Shown: positions 18,716-28,959, counted from the first letter of the stretch. The stretch is DNA of 64,000 nt from an uncultured Actinomycetes bacterium (GCA_963847665.1 CAWKAO010000003.1:569362-633361), one strand, 5' to 3'. Program-made: numbers and translations. The notes: a model not told the origin generated them from the letters alone.

Positions 18716-19813
18716 ATGGCACAGGTAACACTGAAGAATCTGACAAAGAAGTTTGACGAGGTGATGGCAGTTGATGATATGAACGTCACCATAGAGGACC
18801 GGCAGTTTGTGGTGCTGGTTGGCCCTTCAGGTTGTGGAAAGACCACGACACTGCGAATGATAGCAGGACTTGAAGAAGCTACAGGTGGAGAGATAATGAT
18901 AGGGGAAAGGATAGTGAACAACGTCCCCCCAAAAGACCGTGATATCGCAATGGTGTTCCAGAATTATGCGCTTTATCCCCACATGAATGTCTATGACAAC
19001 ATGGCTTTTGGCTTGAAGCTGAGAAAGACCCCTAAACCTGAGATCGCAAGAAGGGTTGCTGAAGCTGCAAGGATACTGAAAATAGAGGAGCTTCTAAAAA
19101 GAAGGCCCAAACAGCTTTCCGGCGGACAGAGGCAGCGTGTGGCTCTTGGCCGTGCAATAGTGCGGGATCCAAAGGTATTTTTAATGGACGAACCTCTCTC
19201 AAACCTTGATGCAAAACTTCGTGTGGAGATGAGGACTGAAATAGCAAAGCTTCATGAAAGATTAAATGCCACAATTGTGTACGTCACCCATGACCAGACA
19301 GAAGCAATGACAATGGCTGACAAGATGATAATTATGAAGGACGGACTTGTCCAGCAGGAAGGCGATCCGCAGACAGTTTATGACCATCCAAAAAATATGT
19401 TTGTAGCAGGATTTATTGGGAGCCCCGCGATGAACTTTTTAGACGCAAAAGTCACCGATGATTATAGCCTTACAAATCCTATCTATACTATATCTACAGC
19501 TGCTAATGTAAGGAAAGTAATCGATGACAACGACTTAAAAGGCAAGGATATAGTTATCGGAATAAGGCCGGAGGATCTAGAGGACGAATTATTTGTACAT
19601 AATAAGCAGGATAAAGCATTGATCACTGCAAATGTCGAAGTCACTGAACCAATGGGTTCTGAGATATATGTTTATGTGGATATCGATGGCGTTCTGGTCA
19701 CAGCGCGGGTAAATCCTAGAAGTGCTGCCCGGGTAGGAAAACCCATAGACCTGCATGTCGATCTTGAAAAGATCCACCTGTTTGATAAGGTGACGGAGAA
19801 AGCATACATATAA
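18716..19813 (+). CDS. MalK/MsmK-type sugar ABC transporter ATP-binding protein
   Basis: GPSGCGKTT, LSGGQRQRVA and a C-terminal MalK-like regulatory/TOBE domain. SD AAGGAG sits 7 nt upstream of the ATG at 18716. Confidence 0.85.
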   Translation: MAQVTLKNLTKKFDEVMAVDDMNVTIEDRQFVVLVGPSGCGKTTTLRMIAGLEEATGGEIMIGERIVNNVPPKDRDIAMVFQNYALYPHMNVYDNMAFGLKLRKTPKPEIARRVAEAARILKIEELLKRRPKQLSGGQRQRVALGRAIVRDPKVFLMDEPLSNLDAKLRVEMRTEIAKLHERLNATIVYVTHDQTEAMTMADKMIIMKDGLVQQEGDPQTVYDHPKNMFVAGFIGSPAMNFLDAKVTDDYSLTNPIYTISTAANVRKVIDDNDLKGKDIVIGIRPEDLEDELFVHNKQDKALITANVEVTEPMGSEIYVYVDIDGVLVTARVNPRSAARVGKPIDLHVDLEKIHLFDKVTEKAYI

Positions 19814-19895
19814 AAGAAAATGTTTATATAAGGGGATAATTTGTTCCAGTTATACTAAGTGCTCCAGTTGACGATACAGCTTAGCTTCAATGTTA

Positions 19896-19946
19896 AAACA
19901 AGCGCAGGCATATTTAATGATATAATACCTGCGCTTGTTTATTTGG
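19896..19946 (+). terminator. Rho-independent terminator after the MalK-like gene
   Basis: 13-bp stem: AAACAAGCGCAGG (19896-19908) pairs with CCTGCGCTTGTTT (19928-19940). A weak T-rich tail follows. Confidence 0.45.
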
Positions 19947-20030
19947 ATAAACTATATATGAAATAGTCTTTTAATGATAAAATTTGCGTTTTTACCTATA
20001 GATTTAATAAATTCATTTTGAGAGGGCCTC

Positions 20031-20828
20031 TTGATTAAGTTAGTTTCAATCGACCTTGACGGTACATTATTTGACACAAGCTCAAAAATAAGCAAAAAAA
20101 ACAGGAGAGCCATTCAGTGGTGTCTTGAAAATGGTATCAAGGTAATAATAACTACAGCTAAAACGACTTACTGGGTAAAAAAGCTCATTACTTTACTGAA
20201 ACTTAAAGATCCCCAGATAGCATCTGCAGGAGCAGCGATCATAGATGCATGGTTTGAACCGTTGTACATCAAAAGGATACCCGCCAGTTATTTTAGAAAA
20301 ATGGTAATACTGGCAAGAAGCTATGAGGTCGGTTTCTGTGCAAGTTGTTTAGATGGTTTTGTATACTATGAAAACGACCATCCGAGCTTAAAGTATGTCT
20401 GGGAAACTGGAGAACTGCCAAAACACGTAAGTGATCTTCTTGACGAAAAAATTTTAAAACAGGTGCTGATGATCACTGTTACTGTTGATGAAAACCATAT
20501 TTTTAATAAAGTATTGTCTGAAACATTCAGGACAAGGCTAAAAGTCCGTCGTGCTGGGACATGTTTTCTGGTAGCATATAGTAAAAATGCCGGGAAGACC
20601 GTTGCCCTTAAGAAAGTTTTAAAAATTTTAAATATCAGAAGCAATAATATAATGGCGATCGGGGACAGCGAATCTGACCTAGGGATGATAAAACTGGCTG
20701 GGATAGGAGTTGCCATGGGTAATGCTTCTGAAATAATAAAAGCTTCTGCAGACCATATTGTCGGTGACAATGATAATGATGGTGTTTCCGAGGCAATAGA
20801 AAAATTTATAAAAAAAGGAGTGATTTAA
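20031..20828 (+). CDS. HAD-superfamily Cof-type (IIB) hydrolase
   Basis: Motif I SIDLDGTLF and C-terminal GDSESD...N.S motifs. Confidence 0.8.
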   Translation: MIKLVSIDLDGTLFDTSSKISKKNRRAIQWCLENGIKVIITTAKTTYWVKKLITLLKLKDPQIASAGAAIIDAWFEPLYIKRIPASYFRKMVILARSYEVGFCASCLDGFVYYENDHPSLKYVWETGELPKHVSDLLDEKILKQVLMITVTVDENHIFNKVLSETFRTRLKVRRAGTCFLVAYSKNAGKTVALKKVLKILNIRSNNIMAIGDSESDLGMIKLAGIGVAMGNASEIIKASADHIVGDNDNDGVSEAIEKFIKKGVI

Positions 20829-21398
20829 GTGAAAAGAGATGAGGCGCTTATACTTGTCAAAGACAATGTAACAAATAAGAATCTTTTTAAGCACTGTCTT
20901 GCAGTCGAAGCTATCATGAGGGGTGTTGCACAGGAATTAAACTTTGATTCAGACATCCATTATGATGAGGAGAAATGGGCTATGGCAGGGCTTGTGCATG
21001 ATATTGACTATGATCTTACAGTACAGGATCCTGAAAAGCATGCTATTGAGGGTGCAAGAATGCTTCAGGAGAATGGTTTCAGCGAAGACATCATATATGC
21101 AGTAAAGGCCCATAACAGCTTCCACGGCTTGGAATTAAAAAGTTCTATGGATATTGCCCTTTTTGCTGCGGACCCGCTATCGGGCCTGATCGTGGCGGCT
21201 GCGCTGATAAGTCCGGACAAAAAATTAAGATCCATTGATAAAAAATTTGTCATAAACAGGTTCAATGAAAAACTTTTTGCCAAAGGCGCCAACAGGGACC
21301 AGGTAATGACATGCACGAAATTAGGCCTCAGTCTTGAAAGATTTGTAGATATTGCACTGAGTGCCATGCAATCTATTGATGAGGCACTTGGGCTGTAG
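20829..21398 (+). CDS. HD-domain phosphohydrolase
   Basis: H...HD metal-binding signature (HCLAV...LVHDIDY). Translationally coupled to the HAD gene. Confidence 0.65.
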   Translation: MKRDEALILVKDNVTNKNLFKHCLAVEAIMRGVAQELNFDSDIHYDEEKWAMAGLVHDIDYDLTVQDPEKHAIEGARMLQENGFSEDIIYAVKAHNSFHGLELKSSMDIALFAADPLSGLIVAAALISPDKKLRSIDKKFVINRFNEKLFAKGANRDQVMTCTKLGLSLERFVDIALSAMQSIDEALGL

Positions 21399-21529
21399 CA
21401 TTCCTTTTCCCAGGCACATCCACCGCAATTGATGCCGCCGTATTTATACAATTCAAATAATACTGTATATTAATAAGTGAGTAGTTATTTTTACTTGTTA
21501 TGTTATCGCATTAAAATTAGGAGATTTAG

Positions 21530-22681
21530 ATGCATAAAAAATATAAAAGACCAGGCCGGGCCAGGTCAGTTTTTGTAAAGATAATCGCACCTGTATTTGT
21601 GACTATTATAGCAACAATGTTCATTGTGACAGGCTGTATAACGATAGACTCCGGCAGTATTCTGGAACAGTTTAAAAAGATAGAAGAGTCTGTCAGGGAC
21701 ATCAGCAAACAACCAGTAAAAATAAAACAATCCCCGCTTGAAAATATTCAGCTTGAAAAGTTCAATGAAGAAGTAAGCGCCCTTGTCGAGAGGGTAACTC
21801 CTTCTGTAGCATTTATTCTTGTCTCCGCCCTCCGGGAGGATTTTTTTGGTAACCAGCAGGTCGCACAGGGTGTCGGCTCAGGAGTCATATATTCCCGGGA
21901 TGGGTATATCATAACCAACAGCCATGTTGCAGGCGGGGCACTTGAGCTCGGAGTGACCCTTTCAGATGGTTCTGAATATCCTGCTACTTTAGTCGGGGCA
22001 AGCATCGAAACAGATATTGCTGTAATAAAGATAGACGCCACAGGCCTGCAACCAGCTGATTTTGCCACAATAGAGGGTCAGGATGTCGGTGATTTTGTTA
22101 TGGCAATAGGAAGCCCGTTTGGAATAGAACAGACAGTCACAACCGGAATAATAAGCGGCAAGAACAGGAATCTTACAGTCTCATCCGACAGCTATCCTAT
22201 CGTCGATCTCATACAGACAGATGCGGCAATAAATCCAGGAAACAGTGGGGGACCGCTTATAAATATCTACGGGGAAGTCATCGGCATCAATACCCTTATA
22301 TATTCACCCTCAGGTGGAAGTTCCGGAATAGGTTTTGCTATTCCTACTGATACCGCAGTAAATATAGCGGAGCAGATCATAAAATATGGAGAGCCAAAGA
22401 TACCTTTCATCGGGATAGAAATAGGGATCAACGAGACCGAAATACCAGGGGTGCTTGTCGCCGGCATCCTGCCTGATACACCTGCAGAAAAATCAGGCCT
22501 GCAGACTGGTGACATAATAGTCAAGCTTGGAGAAAGGGATATAATAACTGCATTCGATCTATTGACAGAGATAATCAGGAGTAACTGCGGTGAGGTGATA
22601 GAGACCACAGTCTACAGGAACGGTGAATACCTAAAATTCAGGCTCCAGCTTGAGGAGTGCCCCCTTGAACTGAAGCAGTGA
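21530..22681 (+). CDS. HtrA/DegP-family serine protease with PDZ domain
   Basis: TNSHV (His), GNSGGPL (Ser), an N-terminal TM helix and a C-terminal PDZ domain. Confidence 0.85.
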   Translation: MHKKYKRPGRARSVFVKIIAPVFVTIIATMFIVTGCITIDSGSILEQFKKIEESVRDISKQPVKIKQSPLENIQLEKFNEEVSALVERVTPSVAFILVSALREDFFGNQQVAQGVGSGVIYSRDGYIITNSHVAGGALELGVTLSDGSEYPATLVGASIETDIAVIKIDATGLQPADFATIEGQDVGDFVMAIGSPFGIEQTVTTGIISGKNRNLTVSSDSYPIVDLIQTDAAINPGNSGGPLINIYGEVIGINTLIYSPSGGSSGIGFAIPTDTAVNIAEQIIKYGEPKIPFIGIEIGINETEIPGVLVAGILPDTPAEKSGLQTGDIIVKLGERDIITAFDLLTEIIRSNCGEVIETTVYRNGEYLKFRLQLEECPLELKQ

Positions 22682-22706
22682 TTTATAAAGTTAATAGTTT
22701 TTTATA

Positions 22707-23201
22707 ATGACTATGACAGCAAAAAATCACCAGGCAAAAGAAATAATAAAAAGGCTGGAAATGAAACCACTCCCCATGGAGGGTGGTTATTATATTGAGA
22801 CTTACCGGGCAGATGACAGGGTGGAAGGAAGACCACTATGCACTTGTATACTTTTTTTAATAACCAGGGAAAACTTCTCAAAGCTGCACAGGCTGCGATT
22901 TGCTGAAATATACCATTTCTATTATGGTGATCCTGTGACAATGCTTAATATAACTGATGAGGGTAAGACTTCAGTACTGACACTGGGCAGCGACCTGTTT
23001 AAAGGAGAGAGAGTACAGCATATAGTCCCCGCAAATTGCTGGCAGGGTTCCTTTCTTAAGGAGGGCGGGACTTTTGCACTGATGGGAGCGACTATGTCTC
23101 CAGGTTTTGAATTCAGGGACTATGAATCTGCAGAAGAATATAAAACGAGTCTGTCAAATGAATTTCCAGGGTTAAGTGATATGCTCTTTAAACTAATATA
23201 A
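22707..23201 (+). CDS. cupin-fold protein (DUF985-like)
   Basis: 164 aa with a small beta-barrel cupin pattern. Confidence 0.5.
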   Translation: MTMTAKNHQAKEIIKRLEMKPLPMEGGYYIETYRADDRVEGRPLCTCILFLITRENFSKLHRLRFAEIYHFYYGDPVTMLNITDEGKTSVLTLGSDLFKGERVQHIVPANCWQGSFLKEGGTFALMGATMSPGFEFRDYESAEEYKTSLSNEFPGLSDMLFKLI

Positions 23202-23214
23202 AGATTCCCGGTCC

Positions 23215-24033
23215 CTAACCAAGGAATACAATTACTGCAACAAACCTGTCATTATTAAAACTGACCCCGATACCGATCTGGGAGAAGTTTATGCTGAGGA
23301 TATTTGCCTTATGGGTGCTGCTTGACATCCAGGTAGAAAAATATAGCTGGGCAGATGCGGCAGAAGCCGGAGTCGAGTTCTGGATATTTTCCCCGGCAGA
23401 CATATATCCGATCCCGTTTTCCTGAAGGATAATAAAGATATTTTTACCTTCAGGTGTTGTGTGGGAAAAATAACCCCTATTCAGCATGTCAAGGCTTCTT
23501 GCTGTAGCAATTGCAGTCAGTGAAGGATTTAAATTAAGTGAGACGAGACCATTTTGATTTCTGGCATTATTGACAAGGTATAATAATGAACTGGTAAATT
23601 CGTCTGCACTAATAGAAGATTGTATTTGTTGCTGTTCCTGTTCTTTTTTGTCTGTATTATTTTCACTGGAATTATTTTCGGCTGCTGCATCTTCTTCAAT
23701 AGATACTGGCGTGGTCAAGCTATTTTCATACTCCCTGCAAGTCTCATCTATACTGTTCATGACATCTTTCAGGGACTGCTGCAGGATAGCTTTTTCGCTT
23801 AAAACTTTTTTTTGTCCTGGATCGGCTAATGTATTCAAGCTGGAGGGAGCACTGCCGTGTAAATAGGACTTTTTCAATGAAGTCAAAATATTTCTTGTTT
23901 TTGTGGATGAACAGGAAAAATTTATATTATTTATTTTACTGCAGGATATAAGATTAAAAAGAAGAGTGGAGAGGATGATAAATATTAGAGGAAAAAATAC
24001 ATATTTTAGTTTTCTTTTTCTATTATGATCCAT
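23215..24033 (-). CDS. CAP/SCP/PR-1-like extracellular domain protein with N-terminal signal/TM
   Basis: C-terminal SCP-like motifs (GYFSHTTPEG...HKANIL). Start taken at the Met preceding the hydrophobic segment. Confidence 0.6.
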   Translation of the reverse strand: MDHNRKRKLKYVFFPLIFIILSTLLFNLISCSKINNINFSCSSTKTRNILTSLKKSYLHGSAPSSLNTLADPGQKKVLSEKAILQQSLKDVMNSIDETCREYENSLTTPVSIEEDAAAENNSSENNTDKKEQEQQQIQSSISADEFTSSLLYLVNNARNQNGLVSLNLNPSLTAIATARSLDMLNRGYFSHTTPEGKNIFIILQENGIGYMSAGENIQNSTPASAASAQLYFSTWMSSSTHKANILSINFSQIGIGVSFNNDRFVAVIVFLG

Positions 24034-24946
24034 GTAACAATTCTGAGATCTTTCTGGTATGGTCAGGCGTGCTTCCACAGCATGTACCTATGATAGCTGG
24101 CGAGAACTGCAGTATTTTCCTGAAATTATTTACCATCATCTCCGGTGTCTCATTAAATACTGTAATGCCATCTACTACTGAAGGAAGTCCTGCGTTTGGC
24201 TGTATCAGGAGTCTTGCATCCGGGTTAGCTTTTCTTATTTTCTCTGTAATGCTTATCATGGTATCAGAACCTACGCTGCAATTTGCACCGATTATATCAC
24301 AACCCGCCTCAAGAAGTCTGCTGCCAAAATCTTCAGCTTTGTTTCCCATGACAGTCACACCATTGTCCCTGAAGGACATCGTACATGCAACGGGAATCCC
24401 AGAATCGACAGCTTTTACTGCTTCTATTGCTGCAACAGCCTCGTTCAGGTCTATTATGGTTTCTATCAAAATAAAATCTACGCCGTTTTTAAGCAATGAA
24501 CTGATCTGAAGCTTATAGGAGTCTACGATATCACTGAACTTTGTGTCGCCATAAGGTTCAAGCAGTCTCCCCGAAGTTCCGACATCGCCGGCAATATATA
24601 TGTCCTTATTATCATTTGTTTTTTCTCTGAATCTGTCAATTGCATCTTTCACAGATAACACTGCCTGCCTGTTTATTTCTTCGAGCTCTGAAGTCTTTCC
24701 AAGCTGCTCAAGCTTCAGAGGGTTTGAACCCAGGGAATTTGTAATTATTATATCGGCACCTGCCTCGATATATTGAAAGTGTATATCTTTTATGGTATCA
24801 ACAGCTTCAGGAATAAGATTAAGAAGATCAGTGGAACCCTGCAACCCATAGGACTGCAGCATTGTCCCCATGGCACCGTCACATAGTAAAACCTTTTTTT
24901 TAAGGACGGCTAACAGATCCTTTTGATTTTTTAAATTGGAATTCAT
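24023..24946 (-). CDS. homocysteine S-methyltransferase-domain protein (MetH N-terminal domain / MmuM family)
   Basis: Motifs LLCDGAMGT, GANC and a C-terminal GTCCGSTPDH (zinc/Hcy-binding cysteines). Confidence 0.75.
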   Translation of the reverse strand: MNSNLKNQKDLLAVLKKKVLLCDGAMGTMLQSYGLQGSTDLLNLIPEAVDTIKDIHFQYIEAGADIIITNSLGSNPLKLEQLGKTSELEEINRQAVLSVKDAIDRFREKTNDNKDIYIAGDVGTSGRLLEPYGDTKFSDIVDSYKLQISSLLKNGVDFILIETIIDLNEAVAAIEAVKAVDSGIPVACTMSFRDNGVTVMGNKAEDFGSRLLEAGCDIIGANCSVGSDTMISITEKIRKANPDARLLIQPNAGLPSVVDGITVFNETPEMMVNNFRKILQFSPAIIGTCCGSTPDHTRKISELLHGS

Positions 24947-24971
24947 TTAAAATAATTTACTTGCGTAATTA

Positions 24972-25034
24972 TTATTTATTTCTTCTTGCCCAACGGGTCT
25001 TCTTTAACATTTTTTTATGCTTTTTCTTACGCAT
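24972..25034 (-). CDS. very small, highly basic ORF (MRKKKHKKMLKKTRWARRNK), uncertain
   Basis: 20-codon ORF (about 31 codons from an upstream GTG with a GAGGAG SD). It lies 24 nt upstream of the methyltransferase start on the same strand and is below the ORF-track length cutoff. Confidence 0.15.
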   Translation of the reverse strand: MRKKKHKKMLKKTRWARRNK

Positions 25035-25188
25035 TTTTTTTCGGCGCTTTTTTATTATGGAACTCACGTCCTGCGTTCTCCTCAGCTAATCGATTTATAT
25101 TCTCAATAGGTTTTGTAAAGAAAGTATTATAACAGAATAAATATAAAATGCTAATAAAAATAATTTGATGAAAAAGATTAATTTTTAA

Positions 25189-25216
25189 TTGACAACACTA
25201 TATGTAGTGTTATAGT
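25189..25216 (+). promoter_or_regulatory. promoter of the class II RNR gene (TTGACA, 16 nt, TATAGT)
   Basis: TTGACA at 25189-25194 and TATAGT at 25211-25216. The 16-nt spacer is exactly the NrdR box. Confidence 0.5.
25195..25210 (+). promoter_or_regulatory. NrdR box ACACTATATGTAGTGT
   Basis: 15 of 16 positions match the NrdR-box consensus acaCwAtATaTwGtgt. A degenerate second box (ACACAAGATGTACCAG, 25227-25242) lies 32 bp centre-to-centre downstream. Confidence 0.6.
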
Positions 25217-25315
25217 ATAAATCTATACACAAGATGTACCAGTCTCATCTACTGTTTTACTTATTTTCTGCTTATTTGTAATAAAACAACCAGCGACTTT
25301 ATGGAAGGAAATTAG

Positions 25316-27811
25316 ATGGAAGAAATAATAAAAAAGAGCATAAAAGAAAACGGCAATGGCACGGGTTTAGCCGGTGGAGATAAAAATGCCGGTGGAAACA
25401 CAAAAGGGCAATACAGTAAAAATAAAAAGCTGGATGAATATTACAAAAACAAGGAAATAAACCTTTCAAAAAATGCTATCAAAGTCCTGGAAAAACGATA
25501 CCTGAAGAGGGATGAAGAGGGTGTGCTGCTTGAGACGCCCAGGGAGATGTTTTTAAGAGTAGCACGCAATATTGCCACGGCTGAACAAAAATACGTCAAT
25601 TCTGAAAAAGACCAGGAAGAAGTAGAAAGACAATTTTTTGATATAATGTCTGATCTTGATTTCCTCCCAAATTCACCAACGCTGATGAATGCAGGCAAAG
25701 AACTTCAGCAGCTTGCAGCATGCTTCGTCCTTCCTGTGGGCGATTCAATGGAGAAGATATTCGAAGCTTTAAAGGAAACAGCCCTGATACAGAAATCAGG
25801 TGGCGGGGTCGGCTATTCCTTTTCAAATATCAGGCCCAAAAATGATGTTGTACTATCGACCAAAGGTGTCTCCAGCGGCCCGATCTCATTCATGACTGTT
25901 TTTAATGCAGCGACAGACACGATAAAACAGGGTGGGACAAGACGTGGGGCCAACATGGGGATTTTGCGTATCGACCATCCGGATATACTTGAGTTTATAA
26001 GAGCCAAGGAAGACAATTCCAAACTCAATAATTTTAATCTGTCTGTCGGGGTCACTGAAAACTTTATGAAAGCGGTAGAGAATAATGATATCTATGAAGT
26101 ATTCAACCCCCGTACAAAACAGGTGGTCGACAGATATAATGCAAGGGAGATATTTAAAAAAATAATATTTCATGCATGGAAGAATGGGGACCCCGGAATA
26201 ATTTTTTTGGACAGGTTAAACAGGGATAATCCCACACCACATATTGGGGTCATAGAAAGCACCAATCCCTGTGGCGAACAGCCTCTTTTGCCATATGAAG
26301 CATGCAATCTGGGATCCATAAATCTTTCACATATGGTCAGGTATGAAGAAGGAGTCCCGGGGGTAGACTATGAAAAGCTCAGGGGAGTCATAGAGACCGC
26401 TGTAAGGTTTCTTGATGATGTAATAGATATGAGCAAATACCCTCTTGAAAAAATAAGGGAGATGGTAGACAGAAACAGAAAGATCGGCCTGGGAGTCATG
26501 GGCTGGGCTGACCTCCTGATAATACTGGGCATACCTTACGACAGCGAGCAGGCGCTTGAGCTTGGAAAAGAATTGATGGGATTCATACAGGAAGAATCCA
26601 AAAGATGTTCAAGGGGACTTGCAGAAGAGCGGGGTAGTTTCCCGAACTTTAAGGGGAGCATATACGATACCCCTGATGGCTACGAGGTCCGTAATGCCAC
26701 CACGACCACAATAGCACCTACAGGCACACTCAGTATTATTGCAAATTGCTCCAGCGGGGTAGAACCCATTTTTGCTGTTTCATTTATAAAAAATGTAATG
26801 GACAACGACAGGCTTTTGGAAGTAAATCCTTATTTTGAGGAAGCGGCAAAAGAAATGGGCTTTTACAGCAAGGAACTTATGGAAGAAATTGCCGGAGCTG
26901 GAAACCTTGAAGGATTTGAAGAGATCCCAGGGTCCATAAAAAGAATATTTGTTACAGCTCACCAGATCTCACCGGTCTGGCATGTCAGGACCCAGGCAGC
27001 ATTTCAGGAATATGTTGATAATGCTGTTTCAAAGACTGTCAATTTCTCCAATGATGCGACCGAACAGAATGTAGAAGATGTATTTATGCTTGCCTACAGG
27101 CTGGGGTGTAAGGGAATAACCATCTACAGGGATGGCAGCAGAGAAAATCAGGTATTGCAGGTGGAGAAAAAGAAGGGTACAGAAATTGCAGATCAAAAAG
27201 AAACAACTGGTGTAGGCAATAAAACTGAACAAGTACCTCTAAAAATAGAGAGCAAGGCCAAAAATAAAGAAGAACAAAAAGATATAGAACAAAAAGATAT
27301 TAAAGATATAGAAACTCCCGGCACCGATCCCATGGAGATGCCAAAGATAAAACCCAGGCCAAGACCGGATGTCACAAGCGGCCTTACCAAGAAATACGAT
27401 ATCGGCGGGTGCGGTAAGTTGTATGTTACTGTAAATTCAGATGACCATGGGATATGCGAAGTCTTTACGAATACCGGCGAGGAGGGCTGCTCAGCGTTAT
27501 CAGAAGCAATAAGCCGGTTGATAAGTGTATCAATAAGGTCAGGCATCGATATCGATGCGATCCTAAAACAGGTAGAGGGTATTAGGTGTATTACGTGTAT
27601 TGCTGACGAATCCACACATGTTCTCTCGTGTCCGGATGCAATAGGAAAGGCACTTGAATTTATGCTCAAAGGTTCGAATAAATTTGACCTTAATGTAACA
27701 TCAGGACCAAAATCTATCATGATATGTCCGGAAGAGGGCTGTGGTGGTATAATGCAGCCTGAAGGGGGCTGCTATGTCTGCCGGGCATGCGGTTACTCAA
27801 AGTGCTCCTGA
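25316..27811 (+). CDS. nrdJ: class II (adenosylcobalamin-dependent) ribonucleoside reductase
   Basis: 831 aa with the RNR catalytic barrel and the active-site stretch ESTNPCGEQPL. C-terminal Cys-rich zinc-ribbon tail (CPEEGCGG...CYVCRACG). A K/E-rich insertion is present near the C-terminus. Confidence 0.9.
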   Translation: MEEIIKKSIKENGNGTGLAGGDKNAGGNTKGQYSKNKKLDEYYKNKEINLSKNAIKVLEKRYLKRDEEGVLLETPREMFLRVARNIATAEQKYVNSEKDQEEVERQFFDIMSDLDFLPNSPTLMNAGKELQQLAACFVLPVGDSMEKIFEALKETALIQKSGGGVGYSFSNIRPKNDVVLSTKGVSSGPISFMTVFNAATDTIKQGGTRRGANMGILRIDHPDILEFIRAKEDNSKLNNFNLSVGVTENFMKAVENNDIYEVFNPRTKQVVDRYNAREIFKKIIFHAWKNGDPGIIFLDRLNRDNPTPHIGVIESTNPCGEQPLLPYEACNLGSINLSHMVRYEEGVPGVDYEKLRGVIETAVRFLDDVIDMSKYPLEKIREMVDRNRKIGLGVMGWADLLIILGIPYDSEQALELGKELMGFIQEESKRCSRGLAEERGSFPNFKGSIYDTPDGYEVRNATTTTIAPTGTLSIIANCSSGVEPIFAVSFIKNVMDNDRLLEVNPYFEEAAKEMGFYSKELMEEIAGAGNLEGFEEIPGSIKRIFVTAHQISPVWHVRTQAAFQEYVDNAVSKTVNFSNDATEQNVEDVFMLAYRLGCKGITIYRDGSRENQVLQVEKKKGTEIADQKETTGVGNKTEQVPLKIESKAKNKEEQKDIEQKDIKDIETPGTDPMEMPKIKPRPRPDVTSGLTKKYDIGGCGKLYVTVNSDDHGICEVFTNTGEEGCSALSEAISRLISVSIRSGIDIDAILKQVEGIRCITCIADESTHVLSCPDAIGKALEFMLKGSNKFDLNVTSGPKSIMICPEEGCGGIMQPEGGCYVCRACGYSKCS

Positions 27812-27900
27812 GAGAGCTTACCAGAAGCTCTAAAATCCCTAAACTGCAAAAACAAGTATTTATATCCAGATGATAAAATACAGGATCAAAGGAGAGTCTT

Positions 27901-28938
27901 ATGAAAGGCAAAATGAAAGCACAGCTTTTTTATGGACCGGGTGATGTCAGGCTTGAAGAAATCGATATTCCTGAAGTAAGGGCCGGTGAGGCACTGGTCA
28001 GGATCAAGAGCGCATTGACCTGTGGTTCTGACCTGAAGACTTATAAGAGGGGACACCCGACGATGATAAAAGATGGTTCGGTTTTCGGGCATGAATGGTC
28101 CGGAGATATAGTAGAAGTAGGAAGTGGAGTAGAGGGATTTAAAGAGGGGGACAGAGTAGTCGCAATGAATTCTGCACCCTGTTTTCAATGTTATTACTGC
28201 AAATTGCAGCGCTACTCGATGTGTGAAAACTTCGTTTATAATAACGGAGCCTATGCGGAATATATCAAGATACCTGAAAATATTTTAAAAATAAACACGA
28301 TCAAATTACCAGATGGTCTGAGCTATAAAGAAGCAGCACTGACGGAACCTTTTGCCTGTGTGGTCCATGGTGTAGATGTATCCGATATAAAAGAAGGAGA
28401 TATTGTAGCAATAAACGGAGCAGGCCCTATAGGTCTTTTCTGGGTGGCTATGGCAAAACTCAAAGGTGCAATAGTCATTTCGACAGACCTTTCCGAAGAT
28501 AGGCTCAAAGTCGCAAAAGGATTTGGTGCAGATTTCATAATAGATGCATCCATCGTCGAAGACCAGGTAGCAGAAGTCAAAAAACTTACCGATGGTGGCA
28601 GAGGAGTCGATGTCGCTGTGGATGCAAGCGGTTTTCCGAAAGTTTGGGAAATGTCTGTAAACATGGGCAGGAAAGGTGCGACTATAAATCTTTTCGGGGG
28701 ATGTCCCTCCGGCACTTCCATCAGTCTTGACACGGGTCTTCTGCATTATTCCGAGTTATCCATCATAGGCGTATATCACCATACCCCATATTATGTGAAG
28801 AGGGCATTTAAATTAATCGAGAACAAGCAGATAGATGCTTTAAGATTTATAACTGATGACATGCCTCTTGAAGATCTTGTCGATGCCCTGGAATTAATGG
28901 GTAAACAAAAAGGGATAAAATATAATATAGTGATGTAA
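27901..28938 (+). CDS. zinc-dependent alcohol/polyol dehydrogenase (MDR family)
   Basis: CGSDLKTY...GHE catalytic zinc motif and a structural-zinc Cys cluster (CFQCYYC...C). Confidence 0.8.
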   Translation: MKGKMKAQLFYGPGDVRLEEIDIPEVRAGEALVRIKSALTCGSDLKTYKRGHPTMIKDGSVFGHEWSGDIVEVGSGVEGFKEGDRVVAMNSAPCFQCYYCKLQRYSMCENFVYNNGAYAEYIKIPENILKINTIKLPDGLSYKEAALTEPFACVVHGVDVSDIKEGDIVAINGAGPIGLFWVAMAKLKGAIVISTDLSEDRLKVAKGFGADFIIDASIVEDQVAEVKKLTDGGRGVDVAVDASGFPKVWEMSVNMGRKGATINLFGGCPSGTSISLDTGLLHYSELSIIGVYHHTPYYVKRAFKLIENKQIDALRFITDDMPLEDLVDALELMGKQKGIKYNIVM

Positions 28939-28959
28939 TATAAGTCTGGGAAACAAATT

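Noticed and set aside
24947-25315. Cobalamin riboswitch upstream of the B12-dependent class II RNR (and upstream of the corrinoid operon at 40600-40730)
   Set aside because: I looked for the B12-box (GCCACTG-like) and the conserved stem architecture and did not find them. Regulation here appears to be through NrdR instead.
27812-27900. Hairpin AGAGCTT-N5-AAGCTCT after nrdJ as a terminator
   Set aside because: The stem is short (7 bp) and is followed by AAAATCC rather than a U-run; it is too weak to call.
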